Shown: positions 38,907 to 48,369 of the stretch, in pieces | Numbering within the stretch: the first letter of the stretch is position 1 | Layout of the letters: each line of letters opens with the position of its first letter | Origin: an archaeon | GTDB taxonomy: Archaea > Nanobdellota > Nanobdellia > Pacearchaeales > GW2011-AR1 | Direction: 5' to 3' | DNA: 64,000 nt | NCBI GenBank assembly: GCA_018694115.1 | Contig: JABHNB010000005.1 | Coordinates: forward strand, 374 to 64,373 | Program-made: the position numbers and the translations under genes | Notes under the pieces: model-generated | Told to the model about the DNA's origin: nothing | The model's input: the letters and a program-made list of their open reading frames with translations, nothing else | The model's database searches: none

Positions 38907-40367
38907 TCATCCGGTATGGTGTTCAACTCCCTTAACCAAATGCTCTAAATGGTGGATCTCTCTAACAGCTCCCTGCATTGGATGGAATTCTCTAATCATA
39001 TAGTGTGATGAGAACTTCTTAACATTCCTCACCTCATGTAATTTCCCAAGTCCGAACATCGCGACCAATAATCTTCCGATACCAGAGATAGCAAAGATGA
39101 ACAAAATTGGATTCATAAATGAAATATCAATCCATGCCAATATTGATCCAAGGCTTGCTCCAAGGAACATTCCCACTCCTACCGAGAGATTCATATATGC
39201 CAATCCAAAACTTCGCTTAGGTCCACTCACTGCGTCATAAACATAATTATTCGTTGCAAGCATATATCCTGCCCAAGCAAATCCGCTAACAATGGCAGGT
39301 ACAAAGAGAAGATATAATTTAATCCCCAGATCTGATGAGACGAATGCAGAACCAATCCAAAGCAATGGCGTTGTAATAACTAACCAAGAACAGATTGTCA
39401 TAACCTTAATGTTGCCAAATCTATCGGACATCTTCCCCAATAGTGGAAGGAACATAAGCTGAAATGCAGTTCCTGAAATAGTAATTGCCATGTACCAAAC
39501 ATAAGAGAATCCCAAATCCCGGATCATATAAACTACCCAGAATGGTCCGGCAATTGCAATCGCGAAACTAAATGCTCCTCGGAATAAAACAAATCGTCCG
39601 AAGGCAGTTTGTGGGGCACTTTTCAAGAATTGCCAAAGGGAGAAATAATCCTTCTTTCTAACAATTAATCTTGGTTCATATTGTTTTTTCAATAAAGTCA
39701 ATGACATGATTTTTGTCAAGGCAGAAATCGCGAAAAGCAAACCAAATCCGAGAAGAGTAAACCCTATAACATTCCCCATATTGCTCCCAATCTTCTTGGC
39801 ACCGTCTAGGAATATCGCTCCAAGGATCATGGTAAGAATTCCGCAGAATCCGGTTATACGATTCCTCTTAGAGAAATATCTTCCCCGATTATCTTCGGGA
39901 ACTAACGAACCCATCCAAGAAAACCAAGAGGAATGAGCAACTGCTCCTGCAGCATAGAACAAACCAACGAAAACTATCAGGGTCCAAACCATATGGGGTA
40001 CGCCGAGATAAAATAAAAGTCCAGTTAACATAATTGGGATCCAAAGTAAGATCTTCCAAAGAACCCCAGCCCTAACAATTTTCTTTCTAGGAAATTTCTC
40101 AATTAGCTTAGCAGTCTTTAACTGAACGATACTTGGGAGTAGATTGATAATCGCATGTAAAATCCCTACCTGGCTTGCCGTAGCATTCAATGCTAATGCA
40201 AATGGTGAAAGGTATGACAGTCCCAACCCTGAAGATATGGAAGCATAGGACCCTTCACGAATACTTAACTTCAAACTTTTATCAATCTTTTTAGCAACAA
40301 CTGGATGCTCCGCAGTCAACTTCTCTCGATAAGATTCTACACTCTTTTTTTTCTTGGCTCTTGCCAT
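38907..40367 (-). CDS. MFS transporter
   Basis: About 12 TM helices, GKMSDRFGN motif, VPEDNRGRY. Confidence 0.88.
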   Translation of the reverse strand: MARAKKKKSVESYREKLTAEHPVVAKKIDKSLKLSIREGSYASISSGLGLSYLSPFALALNATASQVGILHAIINLLPSIVQLKTAKLIEKFPRKKIVRAGVLWKILLWIPIMLTGLLFYLGVPHMVWTLIVFVGLFYAAGAVAHSSWFSWMGSLVPEDNRGRYFSKRNRITGFCGILTMILGAIFLDGAKKIGSNMGNVIGFTLLGFGLLFAISALTKIMSLTLLKKQYEPRLIVRKKDYFSLWQFLKSAPQTAFGRFVLFRGAFSFAIAIAGPFWVVYMIRDLGFSYVWYMAITISGTAFQLMFLPLLGKMSDRFGNIKVMTICSWLVITTPLLWIGSAFVSSDLGIKLYLLFVPAIVSGFAWAGYMLATNNYVYDAVSGPKRSFGLAYMNLSVGVGMFLGASLGSILAWIDISFMNPILFIFAISGIGRLLVAMFGLGKLHEVRNVKKFSSHYMIREFHPMQGAVREIHHLEHLVKGVEHHTG

Positions 40368-40469
40368 ACTACCTCTTCAATAATCTCTCGCAATAGGAAT
40401 ATAAAAATGTAGCGGATTGGGAAAATTGAACAAATGGTACCCTGTTGCCGAATCTTGTGTATCTTGATC

Positions 40470-40532
40470 TTAGTGTAAAGAATACATATACTCTATCGCC
40501 ATAATCTTTATATAGTGTACATTATACAATAA
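40470..40532. promoter_or_regulatory. Two 21-bp GT-N7-AC pseudo-palindromes (NrtR-box-like) flanking the TATA box of the pnuC operon
   Basis: ttagtGTaaagaatACatata (40470-40490), atagtGTacattatACaataa (40512-40532); TATA-like tttatata at 40507-40514. Confidence 0.55.
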
Positions 40533-40535
40533 GTC

Positions 40536-41267
40536 ATGGATGAATTAAAAAGAGTTCGACCAAGAAATAGGATAGCGAGTGCCATTAGTAATTATGTCCG
40601 AGGCTGGACTACATTCGAAATCTCTTGGCTATTAATTTTCACAATTATCAATATCTATTTATTTATCGCCTGGCAAGATAGTTGGATCGGACTAACCGCT
40701 TCCATTACCGGGATGATCTGTGTAGTTCTAACTGCAAAAGCAAGAATAAGTAGCTTTTATTTTGGATTAGTAAACATTCTCGCATATTCTTATGTGGCCT
40801 TCCAAAGCGCATACTATGGGGACGTAATGTTGAATATGCTTTATTTCCTACCTATGACCTTTGTAGGAATATACTATTGGAGAAGAAATAGAAAGGGAAA
40901 TAAAAAAGATGAAATAGTTGTAAAGAGCTTAGATTGGGAAAGGAGAATCATATGGTTCCTAAGTTCAATCGTCATATTGATTGTCTACGGACTAATCTTA
41001 ACAATAATCAAGGGAACCTTGCCATTCATCGATTCGGCCACAACCGTCTTTTCAGTAATAGCAACGATAATGTTGAATAAGAGACTAACAGAACAGTGGT
41101 TCTATTGGATTGCAGTTGATGTCTTAGCAATAATCATGTGGGCATACATATTCATAACAAGTGGCGGAGATGTGAGTATGCTAGTTATGTGGTCGGCATT
41201 CTTAGTTAATGCAGTCTATGGTTACTTCAATTGGAAGAGATTAGAAAGGAAAAACAATGGAAAATAA
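40536..41267 (+). CDS. pnuC: Nicotinamide riboside transporter PnuC
   Basis: PFIDSATTVFS, EQWFYWIAVD, NAVYGYFNW; adjacent to nadR. Confidence 0.92.
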   Translation: MDELKRVRPRNRIASAISNYVRGWTTFEISWLLIFTIINIYLFIAWQDSWIGLTASITGMICVVLTAKARISSFYFGLVNILAYSYVAFQSAYYGDVMLNMLYFLPMTFVGIYYWRRNRKGNKKDEIVVKSLDWERRIIWFLSSIVILIVYGLILTIIKGTLPFIDSATTVFSVIATIMLNKRLTEQWFYWIAVDVLAIIMWAYIFITSGGDVSMLVMWSAFLVNAVYGYFNWKRLERKNNGK

Positions 41268-42294
41268 GAAAACCGTCGGTTTCATTGGCGGAAAATTTCT
41301 TCCACTACACCAAGGACATATCTATGTGATCATTGCCGCATCTAATTATGTTGATGAATTATATGTGGTTGTTTCTTCTTCGAAAAACAGAGACCGAGAA
41401 TTATGTGATCGTGAAGGGATAAAATACATTCCTGCAGAGAATCGACTTTCTTGGCTTGGGGAGGCATTGAATAATTTGGAAAACATAAAAATAATTCATA
41501 TCGAGGACGATCAGTGGGAGGATAATTACGATTGGGGCCGGGGTGCGGAGATGATCAAGGAAGCAATCGGAAAACCAATTGATTTTGTTTTCAGTTCTGA
41601 AACCGGGTATGGGGAGTTATTCAAAAAATATTATCCTGATTCAAAACATATTGTTGTGGATGACGAAAGAAAAACAGTAACAACTTCTGCCACAGAACTC
41701 AGAAAAAATCTTTATGACAATTGGGACAAATTACCAAACTGTGTCCGATCACACTTTACAAAGAAAGTTGCAATTGTTGGAACCGAAAGTTGTGGAAAAT
41801 CAACCCTTGCAAAAAAACTTGCGAAGTTTTACAATACTGAATTTGTACATGAAGTTGGAAGAGAATATTGTGAGAAGTTTTCAAATCTTCTAACGCGGGA
41901 AATGTTTGATCAGATTGCTATGGAGCATTCCCTCCTACAATTAAAAAAAGCAGAGACTAGCAATAAAGTTTTGTTTGTAGATAGCGAAGCCACAATAACT
42001 CAATATTATCTGGAGATGTATCTTCCGGGAGAGAGGTCAAAACTAATAGAAGAAATAATTGCATTACAAAATTACGATCTAGTTATTTTTCTTGAGCCAG
42101 ACGTAAAATGGGTTGAAGATGGATTCAGATTCGCAGGAGAAGATGCTCAGAGAATAAAAAACAATGAAAAATTAAAACAGATGTTTCAGGAACGCTGTAT
42201 AAACTTCATTAGCGTTGATGGGAACTACGATGAGAGATTCAATAAATCAAGAGAACTGGTTGACAACCTTTTCAAAAAGGAGAATTTAGAATGA
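41257..42294 (+). CDS. nadR: NadR-type NMN adenylyltransferase/ribosylnicotinamide kinase (no HTH)
   Basis: GKFLPLHQGH, SATELR, GTESCGKST, VKWVEDGFR. Confidence 0.92.
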   Translation: MENKKTVGFIGGKFLPLHQGHIYVIIAASNYVDELYVVVSSSKNRDRELCDREGIKYIPAENRLSWLGEALNNLENIKIIHIEDDQWEDNYDWGRGAEMIKEAIGKPIDFVFSSETGYGELFKKYYPDSKHIVVDDERKTVTTSATELRKNLYDNWDKLPNCVRSHFTKKVAIVGTESCGKSTLAKKLAKFYNTEFVHEVGREYCEKFSNLLTREMFDQIAMEHSLLQLKKAETSNKVLFVDSEATITQYYLEMYLPGERSKLIEEIIALQNYDLVIFLEPDVKWVEDGFRFAGEDAQRIKNNEKLKQMFQERCINFISVDGNYDERFNKSRELVDNLFKKENLE

Positions 42295-43139
42295 TATTAG
42301 AACTAGCAGTCGGAGATGCCTATGGGGCTGGGTTAGAGTACGTTAACAAAGTTCTTGTAAATAAGCTCAATAACCTACAAAGTTATCATCAACATCCAAA
42401 TCACCCAATTGGTGGTGGAAAATACACTGATGATACTCAGATGAGCTTAGCCATAGCCGAACTTCTTGTTGAAGGAACTGAATGGACTCCGCTAAACCTT
42501 GCTAATAAATTTGTTGAAGTTTTCAAAAGAGATCCAAGGCCAGGATATGCTGGCGGATTTTACAAATTTCTACAAGAAGTAGAAACTGGAGAAGAGTTCT
42601 TACAAAAGATTCGTCCTGAAAGCGATAAGAGCGGAGCTGCAATGCGTGCTGGACCTCTAGGCTTTCTTCCAAATATCAAAAAGGTAATAAAATATTCAAC
42701 AATCCAGGCCAGGATAACTCATGATACTCCTCTTGGAATAAATGCTGCAGTTGCGAGTGCTTTAATGCCCTACTATTTTATCAATAATCTAGGAACTAAA
42801 GAAAATTTAGGGAAGTTCATCGAAAATCATGTAGAAGGAAATTGGAATATGCCCTGGACTGGCGAGGTCGGAGAAAAAGGGTATATGTCTGTAAGGGCTG
42901 CAATCACCGCAATCGCCGAAGAAGATTCTCTCTCAAAAATTCTGAAAAGATCGGTAGATTTCGGAGGAGATATCGATACCGTTGCAACAATTGCTATGGC
43001 TGCCGCCGCATGCTCCTCTGAGATCAAACAAGATTTACCCAAAGAACTAATTGAAAATTTAGAAAACGGGACCTATGGAAGAGATTATCTTATTGATTTA
43101 GATAATAAATTAAAAAGAAAGTTTAGAAAAAATGAATGA
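42291..43139 (+). CDS. ADP-ribosylglycohydrolase (ARH/DraG family)
   Basis: AVGDAYG, YTDDTQM, GAAMR, TH, GGDIDT. Confidence 0.92.
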   Translation: MILELAVGDAYGAGLEYVNKVLVNKLNNLQSYHQHPNHPIGGGKYTDDTQMSLAIAELLVEGTEWTPLNLANKFVEVFKRDPRPGYAGGFYKFLQEVETGEEFLQKIRPESDKSGAAMRAGPLGFLPNIKKVIKYSTIQARITHDTPLGINAAVASALMPYYFINNLGTKENLGKFIENHVEGNWNMPWTGEVGEKGYMSVRAAITAIAEEDSLSKILKRSVDFGGDIDTVATIAMAAAACSSEIKQDLPKELIENLENGTYGRDYLIDLDNKLKRKFRKNE

Positions 43140-43539
43140 ACTAAGAATCGGTGTTGTAGGATCAGAAGAGAATTTCGATGAAGCAGAAGCTCAAGAAATG
43201 ATTTTAGAAGCATTTGATAAATTAGATCTCCAATGCCCTACAAAAACAAAAATAATCGTTTCTGGATTAACTGACAGGGGAATAAAGGCAATAGCTTATC
43301 GAGAAGCAACAAAAAGAAATTGGGGAACTATGGGCATTGCCTGTTCAAGAGCAAGAGAATACGATTGTTTTCCTGTGGATGAAAAAATAATTGAAGGCAA
43401 TGAATGGGGGGATGAGAGCTCAACATTTCTGGACAACATTGAAGTCCTAATTAGGATCGGAGGAGGGAACCAATCCTTCCGGGAAACTGCTGAAGCAAAA
43501 GCAAGAGGAAAGCAAGTTATGGAGGGAGACTTATCATGA
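43132..43539 (+). CDS. SLOG (SMF/DprA-LOG) superfamily protein
   Basis: IGVVGS, IVSGLTDRGI, IRIGGGNQSFRE. Confidence 0.7.
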   Translation: MNELRIGVVGSEENFDEAEAQEMILEAFDKLDLQCPTKTKIIVSGLTDRGIKAIAYREATKRNWGTMGIACSRAREYDCFPVDEKIIEGNEWGDESSTFLDNIEVLIRIGGGNQSFRETAEAKARGKQVMEGDLS

Positions 43540-43985
43540 AATACATTGAAGCTCCAGAGATATATGGTGGAAAAGATAAAAGCTTATTCCTGGCTGGAGG
43601 AATCTCGAACTGTCCAAACTGGCAAGAAGAATTGGCAAATCATCTTAACAACGAAGATCTAGTTTTGCTTAACCCCCGAAGAGCGAATTTCCCGATAAAC
43701 GATTCCTCTGCTGCAGAAAAACAAATCCAATGGGAATTCAATCATCTTAGGAAAGCAACGGCAGTTTCATTCTGGTTTCCAAAAGAAACCCTTTGTCCAA
43801 TAGTTCTGTGTGAGTTGGGGGCTTGGTCTATGACTGACAAACCATTGTTTATCGGAATCGATCCAGAGTACCCGAGAAAGCAAGATGTCGAGATTCAAAC
43901 AAAACTGGCTAGGCCGGATATAAAAATAGTCTATGATCTAAAATCTCTCTCCGAGCAAATAAGGGGCTGGGCGAATAAAGAATAA
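43536..43985 (+). CDS. Nucleoside 2-deoxyribosyltransferase-like protein
   Basis: LFLAGGI, WQ, NPRR, QIQWE, PIVLCELG. Confidence 0.85.
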   Translation: MKYIEAPEIYGGKDKSLFLAGGISNCPNWQEELANHLNNEDLVLLNPRRANFPINDSSAAEKQIQWEFNHLRKATAVSFWFPKETLCPIVLCELGAWSMTDKPLFIGIDPEYPRKQDVEIQTKLARPDIKIVYDLKSLSEQIRGWANKE

Positions 43986-44038
43986 ATCCTTCCAACTTTC
44001 ATCGTTAATTTTATTAACCTACCTTCTTTCATCAATTA

Positions 44039-45442
44039 ATGGCAAAAAAGTACTATGTCACGACGCCGATATATTATCCAAATGACATCCCCCATATCGG
44101 GCATGCTTACACAACTATAGCGGCAGATGTAATCGCGAGATGGCAAAAGCTTCAAGGAAAAGAAGTATTTTTTCTAACTGGAACAGATGATCATGGAAAG
44201 AAAATTGCACAAGCAGCAGAAAAGGCAAAACTATCTCCAAAAGAATTCACAGACCAATTAATCCCAAAGTTTAAGGATGCATGGAAGAAGCTTAATATTC
44301 AATACGATCGATTCATCAGAACAACAGATCCTGATCATGAAAAAATAGTCCAAGAAATTTTACAGAAAGTCTTTGATAATGGTGATATCTACAAGGGCGA
44401 ATACGAAGGTCTATACTGTACTGGTTGTGAGGCATATTACACTGAGAAAGATCTTGAAGATGGTTGTTGTCCAATTCATAAAACCAAAATAGAAAAACTA
44501 AAAGAAGAAACATATTTTTTCAAGTTATCAAAATATCAGAAACCTCTTCTTGATCTCTACAAAAAAAATCCCACTTTTATTTCCCCAAAGCATAGAAAAC
44601 AAGAGATTATTAATCGTGTTAAGGAAGGTCTGAAGGATTTATCAGTCTCACGAGCAGGTTTTGACTGGGGAGTTCCACTACCTTTTGACAAGGATCACGT
44701 TAGTTATGTCTGGTTTGATGCATTATTCAACTATTATTCCGCAACAAGAGAAAAATCAAAACAAAAGTTCTGGCCAGCAGATGTGCATTTAATCGGAAAA
44801 GATATTCTCTGGTTCCACACAGTTTACTGGCCTGCATTCCTTCTTTCAGCAGGAATAGATATTCCAAAAACAGTTTTTGCTCATGGTTGGTGGACATTTA
44901 ATAACGAAAAAATCTCAAAGTCCCGGGGAAAGGTAATCAATGTTGATGAACTTATTGCAATCGCCGGAGTGGACTCCGCAAGATATTTCTTATTGAGGGA
45001 AGCTTCGTTTGGAGAAGACGGAGATTTTTCAGAAGATGCTCTAATCGAAAGACACAACAACGAACTCGCGAATAAACTTGGAAATCTGGTCTCAAGGACA
45101 AGCGCCTTAGCAGAAAAGTATGGAATAACAAAGACAGATAAAAAACTCTTGAAAAAATTGAAATTAAAAGAGATCGAAAAAAATCTCGAGGAATTCAGAA
45201 CCGACAAAGCACTTAATGAGATCTTTGCATTTATCGATGTCTGCAATGAATACATTCAGGACAAAAAACCTTGGGAAACAAAAGACAAAAAGGTTCTCAA
45301 TGAGCTCGTCGAAGCAATAAGGGAGATAGCAAGACTCCTTTCTCCGTTCATTCCAGAGTCTGCAGAAAAGATATCCGAAATATTCAAATCCGATAATATT
45401 AAAAAAGCTCCAATATTATTTCAAAAGGTTGAGGACAAGTAA
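44039..45442 (+). CDS. metG: Methionine--tRNA ligase (catalytic core, no C-terminal OB domain)
   Basis: TTPIYYPN, HIGH, single knuckle CTGC...CPIH, YVWFDAL, KISKS. Confidence 0.94.
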   Translation: MAKKYYVTTPIYYPNDIPHIGHAYTTIAADVIARWQKLQGKEVFFLTGTDDHGKKIAQAAEKAKLSPKEFTDQLIPKFKDAWKKLNIQYDRFIRTTDPDHEKIVQEILQKVFDNGDIYKGEYEGLYCTGCEAYYTEKDLEDGCCPIHKTKIEKLKEETYFFKLSKYQKPLLDLYKKNPTFISPKHRKQEIINRVKEGLKDLSVSRAGFDWGVPLPFDKDHVSYVWFDALFNYYSATREKSKQKFWPADVHLIGKDILWFHTVYWPAFLLSAGIDIPKTVFAHGWWTFNNEKISKSRGKVINVDELIAIAGVDSARYFLLREASFGEDGDFSEDALIERHNNELANKLGNLVSRTSALAEKYGITKTDKKLLKKLKLKEIEKNLEEFRTDKALNEIFAFIDVCNEYIQDKKPWETKDKKVLNELVEAIREIARLLSPFIPESAEKISEIFKSDNIKKAPILFQKVEDK

Positions 45443-45443
45443 A

Positions 45444-45707
45444 ATGACACGTATGACAAAATATAGGAAGCAGATAGATAAGATAAACAACAAAATCTTA
45501 AAGCTTTTATCAAAAAGAATGAAAGTTTCTGAGAAAATTGGAGAGTGTAAGAAAGTAAGAAATGCCCCAATAAGGGATGAAAAAAGAGAAAAGGAATTAC
45601 TCAACATGATCTCAAAACAAGCCAAGAAACACAAACTAGATGAAAAGTTTATAGAAGATGTTTTCCAGATAATTCTAAGTGAATCCCGGAGGAAACAAGA
45701 AAAATAA
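45444..45707 (+). CDS. Chorismate mutase type II (AroQ)
   Basis: RKQID...LLSKR...IGECK...RDEKRE...ESRRKQ catalytic pattern. Confidence 0.82.
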   Translation: MTRMTKYRKQIDKINNKILKLLSKRMKVSEKIGECKKVRNAPIRDEKREKELLNMISKQAKKHKLDEKFIEDVFQIILSESRRKQEK

Positions 45708-45708
45708 A

Positions 45709-46047
45709 ATGGCAGAAGGAATAATTGAATATGGCGATTTTGAAAAAATGGATTTAAGAGTCGCAGAAGTAGAAAATGTCGAAGAGATTGAGGGTGCAGA
45801 CAAGCTTTACAAATTAACAGTCAGCATCGGAGAAGAAGTAAGAACAATCTGTGCAGGAATAAAAGAACATTATAGCAGAGAAGATCTCAAGGGTAAAAAG
45901 ATAATCGTTCTAACAAACCTTGCTCCAAGAACTCTTAGGGGAGTAGAATCTCAAGGAATGCTTCTTGCAGCATCAAACAAAGACCATTCAAAAATTTCCT
46001 TAATTTCCCCCGACCAAGATATGGATCCTGGCGATAGTGTTAGTTAA
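45709..46047 (+). CDS. tRNA-binding OB protein (MetRS C-terminal domain/Trbp111)
   Basis: DFEKMDLRV, ADKL, NLAPR, SQGMLLAA. Confidence 0.9.
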   Translation: MAEGIIEYGDFEKMDLRVAEVENVEEIEGADKLYKLTVSIGEEVRTICAGIKEHYSREDLKGKKIIVLTNLAPRTLRGVESQGMLLAASNKDHSKISLISPDQDMDPGDSVS

Positions 46048-46085
46048 AAAATATTAATCTCAAGCTAAATAATTTGACCAAAGAT

Positions 46086-46835
46086 TTATCCAAATAATCT
46101 TCCCCAGAATCCTCTATTCTCTTCAATCTTCTCTCCAAGAACTTTTCTCGCAATCTCATGATACTTCCTAGAAACTCTACTTCGTGGATGTGTATGGACA
46201 ACTGCATCTCTTTTTGTTAAGGCTTCCTTAACTGCCTTATCTTCAGGGATAACCCCGATAATTTGAGCTTCAAGCATTGATTTTATTGAGGATAATGGCA
46301 TTTCATATTTTGCATTCCTATGTCTTGTAACAACAACTCCCCTAATCTCTTTTCCCATTCCCCTAGCAACCTTTACTGCCTTTAGGGCATCTGTAACTGC
46401 AGGCATCTCTGGATTAGTCACAATAATTATTTCTTCAGAGGCTTCGAGGGCAGCCATAACTTCTTCACCAAATCCTGCGGCAGAATCAATAATAACAAAA
46501 TCACACATTCCAGATAACTTTCTTGCAATTTCTGGAATCTTCTTAGTATTAAATTTTGTTAATTCCTTGACGGACAAAGAAGACGGGACAATTTTGGTTC
46601 CCGAAGAATGCTCATATATTGCATCCTCAATATCTGCCTTCCCCTTTAGAACATGGTTCAATGTAATCGGAACTATCGGAGCTCCCAACTGTAAACCAAT
46701 ATTTGGAGTATTTAGATTTGCATCGACGATAATAACTTCTTTATCCAACTTGTTTAATGAAGCTCCAAGATTGATCGCAGTGGTAGTTTTACCGACGCCA
46801 CCTTTCCCCGAGTTGATTACAATTATTCGTGCCAT
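46086..46835 (-). CDS. minD: MinD-family ATPase
   Basis: SGKGGVGKTT, IDSAAG, TNPEMPAVTDA, C-terminal amphipathic FWGRLFG. Confidence 0.92.
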   Translation of the reverse strand: MARIIVINSGKGGVGKTTTAINLGASLNKLDKEVIIVDANLNTPNIGLQLGAPIVPITLNHVLKGKADIEDAIYEHSSGTKIVPSSLSVKELTKFNTKKIPEIARKLSGMCDFVIIDSAAGFGEEVMAALEASEEIIIVTNPEMPAVTDALKAVKVARGMGKEIRGVVVTRHRNAKYEMPLSSIKSMLEAQIIGVIPEDKAVKEALTKRDAVVHTHPRSRVSRKYHEIARKVLGEKIEENRGFWGRLFG

Positions 46836-46869
46836 AGTTCCTTTATCAAAATAATTGCTTTTATAAATC

Positions 46870-47313
46870 TTACTTAGAAAGAATCTTCTTAACTTCGCTT
46901 ACAAATTTCTCAACAATCTCGGCATATTCGCCTAATTTTTCCATATTGATCTCTGTAACTCTCCTTGGTTCCATGACCTTAAGATTAACATTTTTTCTAA
47001 ATTCCCCTTCTCTAGTTTTATTTAAATCAGGAACTCTTTTGAAAAAGATATAAAGTGGGACCACGGACTGGATTTCATCAGATTTTTTAAAGTATTTTTT
47101 TATAAATTCGATTCGCTGCTTAGGGCTTTCGGGGGTATTGGGCACCTTACCATTCTCAATCGCCTCTTCCAATATGGTGTCAAAACTAAGTTCAATTAAA
47201 CTCTTCCACCGTGCCAACAAGTTCAAAATTACGTCGCAAGTCTTAGTATACTTAAGGCTGACGTACAACAGGTGGTCGGCACTAGTCTTCTCCTTAATAA
47301 TTTCTTCAATCAT
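46870..47313 (-). CDS. hypothetical helical protein
   Basis: ATG at 47313 (MIEEII); ADHLLYVSLKYTKT. Confidence 0.7.
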   Translation of the reverse strand: MIEEIIKEKTSADHLLYVSLKYTKTCDVILNLLARWKSLIELSFDTILEEAIENGKVPNTPESPKQRIEFIKKYFKKSDEIQSVVPLYIFFKRVPDLNKTREGEFRKNVNLKVMEPRRVTEINMEKLGEYAEIVEKFVSEVKKILSK

Positions 47314-47371
47314 TTTCAAAAGATTAGTAATAATCTTTAGAAGAAACGATTTGTACCTTTTTATATGTTTC

Positions 47372-47827
47372 TTAGTCGGACGAAATCCGAAATTTTGAGA
47401 GGGCAATCTTGGTTGAATCAAGTAAATTACCCATACTTTTCCCTGTCAATATTTTATATTCCCCTTCAATCAAAAAAAGGATCTTATTATCTCTGGAAAA
47501 TTCAATTGGGGATTTTTTACGTGCCCTTGCAAGTTCAAAAACCTTCAAAAGATCTTTTACCAAATCTTCTCCCAGATACTTAATTCCAATTTTTTTAGAA
47601 AAAACTCCCAAATTTCTCGCAGGATGTTTTGAAACTTTAAATCTTCCAAGCACTGCTTCCCGAATCAAAAAAGCGTCAACAAGGTTTGAAACAGATTCTG
47701 CCAATTCTCTGATAACTCCTACAAGAAATCGTTTATTCCCCGATTTAGAAAATTCATCAAACATCCTTTCTGCCACAGACAAATGATATTTAGACCATAT
47801 TAAATTCTCATCCCAATGATTCACCAT
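47372..47827 (-). CDS. hypothetical helical protein
   Basis: 151-aa ATG ORF. Confidence 0.65.
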   Translation of the reverse strand: MVNHWDENLIWSKYHLSVAERMFDEFSKSGNKRFLVGVIRELAESVSNLVDAFLIREAVLGRFKVSKHPARNLGVFSKKIGIKYLGEDLVKDLLKVFELARARKKSPIEFSRDNKILFLIEGEYKILTGKSMGNLLDSTKIALSKFRISSD

Positions 47828-47874
47828 AATTCTCCATCGAACAAGACTTTTTATTGATTATTGTGTTCTAAAAC

Positions 47875-48201
47875 TCAAGAAAGCTTCATAATCGCCTCTG
47901 CGATATCCCCATCACACTCTTCGAGAGCCACTCTGACCTCTTCTTCATCCTTACCTGTCTTTTCCTTAACCATATCGACATCAGCGTCAGAAACGCCCCC
48001 AGAGCTCTCCTCACGTGCTTCACCAGCGACCTGGTAGGTTTCCTGTCCTTGCATCATAATTTTAACAACGGAAGGCTCATCAATCACCACATTTCCATCT
48101 TCCATTTCAAAAATAACTCGGTGAACGTTCATCTGTGTCTGGGAAATTCCCATCTTTTTCATCATGCCCTGCATTTTCTTAGGGTTCATTCCGCCAAACA
48201 T
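47875..48201 (-). CDS. nac: Nascent polypeptide-associated complex protein
   Basis: MNPKKMQGMMKKMGI; C-terminal UBA GDIAEAIM. Confidence 0.92.
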   Translation of the reverse strand: MFGGMNPKKMQGMMKKMGISQTQMNVHRVIFEMEDGNVVIDEPSVVKIMMQGQETYQVAGEAREESSGGVSDADVDMVKEKTGKDEEEVRVALEECDGDIAEAIMKLS

Positions 48202-48202
48202 C

Positions 48203-48352
48203 TTAGTAAATAAACCTCAATCCAACGACAAAGGCGATGACGGCAACAATCATTGCAATAACAACGCCCGGTCCAAACTTTAACTTAGAATTATATTCTT
48301 CCTTATACCGCATTAGGCCTCCGCCCATTCCGGGTATTCCAATATCTGCCAT
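48203..48352 (-). CDS. secG: Preprotein translocase subunit Sec61-beta/SecG (49 aa, below ORF-track cutoff)
   Basis: Manual translation MADIGIPGMGGGLMRYKEEYNSKLKFGPGVVIAMIVAVIAFVVGLRFIY. Confidence 0.88.
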   Translation of the reverse strand: MADIGIPGMGGGLMRYKEEYNSKLKFGPGVVIAMIVAVIAFVVGLRFIY

Positions 48353-48369
48353 ACTAACAATTAAAGAAT

